Shown: one piece after another, positions 27,237 through 32,000 of the stretch
How the letters are laid out: every line of letters starts with the position of its first letter
Position numbering within the stretch: position 1 is the stretch's first letter
Origin: Methylorubrum extorquens
GTDB taxonomy: Bacteria; Pseudomonadota; Alphaproteobacteria; Rhizobiales; Beijerinckiaceae
Assembly (NCBI GenBank): GCA_900234795.1
Contig: LT962688.1
Location: 4,470,001 to 4,502,000, forward strand
Direction of reading: 5' to 3'
Length of the DNA stretch: 32,000 nucleotides
Made by a program: the position numbers and the translations under genes
Notes under the pieces: generated by a model
Seen by the model: only the letters and a program-made list of their open reading frames with translations
The model's database searches: none
Told to the model about the DNA's origin: nothing

Positions 27237-27800
27237 TCAAATCGCCGACTCCTGAGCTTCTGAACCGATGATCCGATAGACCTGCATCCGAGAGCATCCG
27301 AGAGCCTTGGCGATGGCGGCCGGACCATGCCCATCAGCCTTCATCGCCAGCACCTTCTCCCGATCCAGCCGCCGTGCCCCGCCCTTGTAGACACCCTTCG
27401 CCTTCGCGGCCTGGATGCCTTCCTTCTGACGTTCAAGGATGAAGCGTCGTTCCATCTGCGACACCATCCCAAGGACGGTAAGCACGATCCTCCCGCTTTC
27501 ACCGCGGGTTGAAACGTGCGGATCAAGGACGGTCAGATAGGCGCCGCGCTGATCCAGTTCATGGACGATGTTGAGAACGTCGCGCGTATCACGGCCAAGC
27601 CTATCGGCGCGGACCACGACCAGTTCGTCACCCTCGCGGATGAAGTCGAGGATCGCAGCGAGTTCCGTGCGGCCATCGCGAGAGGCCCCGGACACCTTCT
27701 CTGACCGGATCGGCTGGCATCCTTCGGCCTTGAGCCGTTCTATCTGGATGTCGAGCGACTGATCCTGGGCGCTACATCTTCCATATCCGATCCTCGCCAA
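27237..27800 (-). CDS. serine recombinase (resolvase/invertase family)
   Basis: TTG start; 187 aa. It has IGYGRCSAQDQ (catalytic Ser10), VVVRADRLGRD, and the C-terminal HTH AAIAKALGCSRMQVYRII. Confidence 0.9.
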   Translation of the reverse strand: MARIGYGRCSAQDQSLDIQIERLKAEGCQPIRSEKVSGASRDGRTELAAILDFIREGDELVVVRADRLGRDTRDVLNIVHELDQRGAYLTVLDPHVSTRGESGRIVLTVLGMVSQMERRFILERQKEGIQAAKAKGVYKGGARRLDREKVLAMKADGHGPAAIAKALGCSRMQVYRIIGSEAQESAI

Positions 27801-27829
27801 GCGTCACTCCAAGCTCTAGACCCTGTGAC

Positions 27830-27915
27830 AATGCCGTAACATTCAGGAACAAGCAAGCCTGATGTTACGCTCGCGCTTAGGGAGGATCGGCGGGAATGTT
27901 ACGTCACCTTACGGT
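27830..27915. promoter_or_regulatory. res-like recombinase binding region
   Basis: It lies immediately upstream of the resolvase gene. CGTAACA (27835-27841) faces TGTTACG (27863-27869) as an imperfect palindrome. A third TGTTACG lies at 27897-27903, followed by CTTACGG. Confidence 0.4.
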
Positions 27916-28186
27916 GCACCCTGATGGTATGGATCAGAACGACGACGGCATGATGCTGCAGTTCCAATCCATTTTTTTGTCGGTGCCGAGATACGGTCGT
28001 GTCGGCAGAATTACGGCTCATCCAAATTATTGTTTCATATGGATAGCCCCTCCAAGGCTTCGTCGTAGCTGATAGGCGAGGCCGTTTGGGTGCATGTCGA
28101 CATGTCTTGGAGGCACACGAAGCGAATCCAGGTGCCAAACGCCACCAGCTGAGCTATCCTCCGACGATCGGCGTCTCCCCATATAA

Positions 28187-31100
28187 TTGTTGAGCGAAAT
28201 GCTACAATCGGATTTGCTGGACTTCTATGATCGTGATGCTCTTCTGGAACGCCTCACAAATGGAATGGCTACATCAGATCGGCAGGTTGTGTTCGTAGTA
28301 GGATCTGCCTTAACATCTCCGCACGCCCCGGGGCACCGAGGCGTTCCGGGCGTTGACGGAGTAATCGAATTAATAGCATCGGAGTTTAATGAAAGACAGC
28401 GCAGTGAGCTGCTCTCTAAACTCGAAGTAGCTGAAAATAAATATCAGGATGCATTCAAGTTTCTTCTTGGTCGCCGCAGCCCGCAAGCAGCCAACGACAT
28501 AGTCAGGCGTGCCGTCGCCTCCGCAAGACGAGACTCCGTGGCCAGAGGCTCGGGTTATACGTTGAATGGGTCCACGAGCGAAGACGCTTGCCGAGCGTTT
28601 GAGTCAGATATTGCAGGCTGGTTTCTAAATCCAGGCGTAAGTGCTCTTGGCGAACTTATGGCAGGTTATCCAGAACGTTTTGGAAAGATTGTTCTAACCA
28701 CCAATTTCGATCCTCTAATTGGCATATCGATAGCAGCAGCAGGCGGAATATCATTCAGAACATTCTTGCATGGCGATGGAAATCTAGCCCATACTCAAGG
28801 TGATGGTGCGCACATCGTCCATCTACACGGCTACTGGTTTGGCTCCGACACTTTGCATACCGGAAGACAGCTTGGTCAACAACGCCCACAACTACGGTCT
28901 TCGCTAGCACATTTGCTTCGAAATAAGATTGTCGTTATTATGGCCTACGGTGGCTGGGACGACGTATTTACTAAAACACTTGTTGATGTCGTGATTGACG
29001 ACAATGCATATCCCGAAATCATCTGGTGTTTCCGAGACACTTCGCCATCAATGCGGCCAAAGCTTTTCGAGTTACTCAAACCTGGCATCGATCGCGGGCG
29101 CGTGTCATTATACGCCGGCATCGACTGCCACAGCTTTCTACCACAGCTTTACGACTCGTGGCTTTCTATTGAAGGCAAATCCCCTAGACGCCGACAGCCT
29201 CAGTTGTCAGTTGAAGCCTTTGACTCGTCTGTCATAGACCAGCCTGATACTGGGGCCAGTATAGAAGCCGAAAAAAAACATACTTCCAAATTCCTTTGCA
29301 GTTTGGAAGAGGACCGTCCTCCGGTGATTGACTTTCTTGTAGGTCGAGACGCCGATTTGAAGGATTTGGAGGCAAAAAGCTATCGGGTAGCATTTGTGAC
29401 TGGCATTGGCGGTCAAGGTAAATCCGCCCTGGTTTCAAAATTTTTCTCAAGCGATTCGACGATCAGCGATTTCGATCACCGGGTGTGGCTTGATTGTAAG
29501 GAACAAAGCGAGCGATTCGAAGATCATCTCGCTCATTTGATAGAGTCTTTAAATGATGGGCGCGCGATGAGCGCAGAGCTTTCCAAACAGCCAGCAGAAG
29601 ATCTTGCTGATTTGTTTTGTTCGCTTACCGCTGATTTCCGCATACTAATCATTTTTGACAACGTAGACCACTACATCGATCTTGAGCGCCTCGCTCTGAC
29701 CGGCGCGGCCAGACTGTTTGTAGAGAGATTTCTTTCGAAAGAGTCTAAAGCCAAGCTTGTTTTTACGTGCAGACCAGATGTTGATGAAGCTGACTTAAGA
29801 TTTTACATCAAGAAACTGGCCGGCATTGATTTGGTCGCTACGCGACGGTTGTTCGATCTGCGTGGCGCTAAAGCTAGTGACGCTTCTCTAGAGCGTGCGT
29901 TCAATGTGACCGGTGGGCATCCCTTGTGGCTCGACCTTCTTGCAGCTCAGGTCGCTCAGCGGATACCTCCGATTGAATTGGATGAATTGCTCGAAAACAT
30001 ATCGGCCGGCACCGGTGAAATCCCAGATGCGACTCTTAGATCGATTTGGACAAGCTTGAAAGATCGAGAGCAAATAGTCTTGCAAGGTCTTGCAGAAACC
30101 CTTCGACCAACTACAGCCATACAGCTCTCAGATTACCTTAGATCAAGAACCAATTTCAAGCAAATATCGAAGGCACTAAAAACGCTGAGAAGTCTCAATT
30201 TGCTCGTAACGAAGGAACTTGACGAAGGCGAGGGGTTTGAACTTCATCCTGTAATTCGGGCTTTCATAAAGAATACTTTCAAACGATCCGAACGCGTATG
30301 GTATATAGACGCAATTTTGTCTATGTACTCGGCTTTCTTTGGCACGCATCTCAAAGACCTCAAGCATCATCCATCATCGTCGATGGTTCGGCATTGGCTC
30401 GAAGGCGCCGAGCTTTGCATAAACGCGGGACATAATTCACAAGCTCTACTGAGGCTGAGCGAAGTGAAAGGGGTTTTTCACAGCAGCGAGCCTCCGGGTG
30501 AATATATTCGAGTCACGCAGATTTTATTGTCAACACTCCCGGTTTCGGAGTGGCAATCGCACAAACACTTCGATGATGTCTTCAAAGATTATCATCGCTG
30601 CCTTGTCAACATGGGCCGCGTAGAAGAAGCAGTAAGTGCGCTGGAACAATACGAGAAGTCGCTGGCGGGGAAGGATGCCCGCTACATAAATTACTGCGAT
30701 ATGCAGACTTACATGAATTGGATGGCTGGTAATTTCATCCCTGCAATTCGTTGGGGAACCGAAGGTTCAGAGCTCAAAAACACTAGCGGAGTCGACACCC
30801 CTTTCAATGCTGAACATAATTTAGCACTGGCGCGTCGCGACTCGGGTTCCGTTGATGTTGCGCTTCAATATTTTCTCAGAGGGGCCAATGTAGCCGATGT
30901 GCTGGATATCGCTAAAGTTGATGCCGATCGTGGAGGGGCGTTTTACGGGAATATTGGTAGATGCTTCCATATTATGGGTCAAATTGACTCAGCGTTGATA
31001 TGTTACGTTAAGTCGGCCAGCTTGATTGATACTGAATTCAGAGAAAATATAACCGAGAATCAAGGATACATAAGGCAATGGATTGGTGAGTTATTGTTGC

Positions 31101-31294
31101 AAAAAGGGCAAAAGCAAGCTGCATTGCATTTTTATATAGCCGCGCTCGAGAAATGGCGTGTCGTATCACCTCCGAAAGCTGCGCGCCTGGAAAAATCTAT
31201 GCAGGCTGATTGGCCCGATGGGCACCCAAGTATCAATCCTGCTCGCGCTGAGGCAGCTGTAATTAGGTGGGTTAATAGTAAGGGCGGTCAGTGA
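28187..31294 (+). CDS. SIR2-like domain / NB-ARC-type STAND ATPase / TPR-like repeat protein (Avs5-like, NLR-like antiphage architecture)
   Basis: SIR2_2-type motifs: VVFVVGSALT, TTNFDPL (28697-28711), HLHG (28820-28831) and AYGGWDDVF. NTPase motifs: Walker A GIGGQGKS (29402-29425), Walker B ILIIFDNVD (29642-29668) and the NB-ARC GxP motif GGHPLWL (29912-29932). The last ~330 aa are helical-repeat/TPR-like. The track start is TTG at 28187; the ATG at 28199 is an alternative. Confidence 0.88.
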   Translation: MLSEMLQSDLLDFYDRDALLERLTNGMATSDRQVVFVVGSALTSPHAPGHRGVPGVDGVIELIASEFNERQRSELLSKLEVAENKYQDAFKFLLGRRSPQAANDIVRRAVASARRDSVARGSGYTLNGSTSEDACRAFESDIAGWFLNPGVSALGELMAGYPERFGKIVLTTNFDPLIGISIAAAGGISFRTFLHGDGNLAHTQGDGAHIVHLHGYWFGSDTLHTGRQLGQQRPQLRSSLAHLLRNKIVVIMAYGGWDDVFTKTLVDVVIDDNAYPEIIWCFRDTSPSMRPKLFELLKPGIDRGRVSLYAGIDCHSFLPQLYDSWLSIEGKSPRRRQPQLSVEAFDSSVIDQPDTGASIEAEKKHTSKFLCSLEEDRPPVIDFLVGRDADLKDLEAKSYRVAFVTGIGGQGKSALVSKFFSSDSTISDFDHRVWLDCKEQSERFEDHLAHLIESLNDGRAMSAELSKQPAEDLADLFCSLTADFRILIIFDNVDHYIDLERLALTGAARLFVERFLSKESKAKLVFTCRPDVDEADLRFYIKKLAGIDLVATRRLFDLRGAKASDASLERAFNVTGGHPLWLDLLAAQVAQRIPPIELDELLENISAGTGEIPDATLRSIWTSLKDREQIVLQGLAETLRPTTAIQLSDYLRSRTNFKQISKALKTLRSLNLLVTKELDEGEGFELHPVIRAFIKNTFKRSERVWYIDAILSMYSAFFGTHLKDLKHHPSSSMVRHWLEGAELCINAGHNSQALLRLSEVKGVFHSSEPPGEYIRVTQILLSTLPVSEWQSHKHFDDVFKDYHRCLVNMGRVEEAVSALEQYEKSLAGKDARYINYCDMQTYMNWMAGNFIPAIRWGTEGSELKNTSGVDTPFNAEHNLALARRDSGSVDVALQYFLRGANVADVLDIAKVDADRGGAFYGNIGRCFHIMGQIDSALICYVKSASLIDTEFRENITENQGYIRQWIGELLLQKGQKQAALHFYIAALEKWRVVSPPKAARLEKSMQADWPDGHPSINPARAEAAVIRWVNSKGGQ

Positions 31295-31613
31295 GAATAT
31301 AACTCGGCGATCGAGTCATGCGTTTGCGGCCTAAATATCTCACAACGGATCCTGTCGCAATACAGTCAAATTATCTGCTTGTTCTTGTTCGAATGATGGC
31401 TTGGTATTGTTTGCTAGGAGATCTGATATGAAGACCGGTATGTTTGATCGGCACGAAGCGTCACAAATCACCGCTGAGCGAGCTTGGCCGGCCTGTCCTG
31501 CCGGATTGATCCATCGCGACCGTTGAAGTAGATTGGCCTTGTAACTCGCTGATCATTAACGCAATTGTGGAACTGGATGGATGCCTACCCTTCGAGAAAG
31601 CTTCATTTAGCGT

Positions 31614-31664
31614 CCCTCCGAAGGCAAAGGTCACACGTTCGAATCGTGTCGGGTGCGCCAATCA
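31614..31664. repeat. attR: 51-bp direct repeat identical to 19503-19553
   Basis: A base-by-base comparison shows 51/51 identity. The flanking bases differ on both sides. Confidence 0.95.
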
Positions 31665-31730
31665 ACCTACTGTCTCTGAAGGCAGATTTGGTTTCCAGGG
31701 TTTAGCCCTCAGTCCCCAAAAGTCCGTCTG

Positions 31731-32000
31731 TCACGCCGCTGTCACAGCAAAGCCGCGACTCATGGCGACAGCTCCTCGCGGCGATGTTGATGTCGGAAGC
31801 GTGAAACCGGCCGTTGCCGGGCTGGAAGCGGCTTTGATCGCTGCGCCGCAGACGAAGGGGTTCTGCTGATTGCCCAAGCCCCCACAAGTCAGGGTAGCCC
31901 CGTGCACACTGAAGCGTGAGCCGTAGATCAGAGAATTGGTGCCACCAATCCAGAGCCGGTTTCCGCCGTCCCGTGATGCCAGCCGTCCTGCCCCCGAACA
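31731..32000 (-). CDS. 3' end of an unidentified gene entering from the right edge
   Basis: The minus-strand frame is open from the window edge to the TGA at 31731-31733 (GGNRLWIGGTNSLIYGSRFSVHGATLTCGGLGNQQNPF...). G/C at the third codon position is only moderate, and no domain was recognised. Confidence 0.3.
   Translation of the reverse strand, partial: CSGAGRLASRDGGNRLWIGGTNSLIYGSRFSVHGATLTCGGLGNQQNPFVCGAAIKAASSPATAGFTLPTSTSPRGAVAMSRGFAVTAA

Larger units (their letters stand above)
19473..31664. mobile_element. tRNA-Arg-associated integrative genomic island (~12.1 kb)
   Basis: An integrase gene lies immediately 3' of the tRNA. A perfect 51-bp direct repeat lies at both ends. The A+T shift relative to the flanks is obvious, and the cargo comprises recombinases and conflict-type genes. 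Confidence 0.9.

Noticed and set aside
27801-28186. Tn3-family terminal inverted repeats or a second inverted recombination site that would define a transposon or an invertible promoter around the resolvase
   Set aside because: No ~38-bp terminal repeat pair and no distant inverted copy of the TGTTACG site were found by eye anywhere in 24-31.6 kb. No transposase gene is present.
1-32000. CRISPR arrays, rRNA genes, tmRNA
   Set aside because: No repeat-spacer periodicity is present anywhere; the only tandem repeat is the 73-bp doublet. No rRNA-like conserved blocks were seen. The Ala-rich ORF ending in KLAA was considered as a tmRNA tag region. However, no tRNA-Ala-like acceptor or T-arm is nearby, and the frame is open for 69 codons.

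Overview
The window is a high-GC, alphaproteobacterium-like chromosomal backbone (1-19472 and 31665-32000) with a low-GC genomic island inserted into it. Taxonomy is inferred from composition and protein families only.

Backbone genes:
- a cytochrome P450 whose reading frame is broken
- a PAS/GAF sensor that lacks any kinase or output domain
- a fold-3 esterase
- two SDR oxidoreductases
- a small HAD phosphatase
- a GpmA-like mutase
- a tctB-tctA-tctC tricarboxylate transporter operon
- an alpha/beta hydrolase
- a PQQ-dependent sugar dehydrogenase
- several small hypothetical ORFs

A tRNA-Arg(CCG) gene lies at 19473-19549. Its 3' 47 nt plus 4 flanking nt recur perfectly at 31614-31664. This 51-bp repeat pair brackets a ~12.1-kb, visibly AT-richer and compositionally mosaic island.

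Island cargo, in order:
- a tyrosine integrase
- a 795-aa SF2-helicase-like protein with a C-terminal DxE/SxH region (prim-pol-like or nuclease-like)
- a 126-aa hypothetical protein
- a translationally coupled pair: a protein-tyrosine-phosphatase-fold / ADP-ribosylglycohydrolase fusion plus a 134-aa partner
- a receiver domain lacking the phospho-acceptor Asp
- a serine resolvase with res-like repeats
- a 1035-aa SIR2 / NB-ARC-type STAND ATPase / TPR protein, an Avs5- or NLR-like antiphage architecture

The best candidate for a new system is the NAD/ADP-ribose-themed cargo of this island: the SIR2-STAND protein together with the ARH-phosphatase pair. The helicase protein is a second candidate.

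Older relics of the same tRNA-Arg 3' end, in inverted orientation and embedded in a ~450-bp diverged duplication, lie just left of the tRNA. They mark this site as a recurrent recombination hotspot.

No CRISPR array and no rRNA gene were seen.
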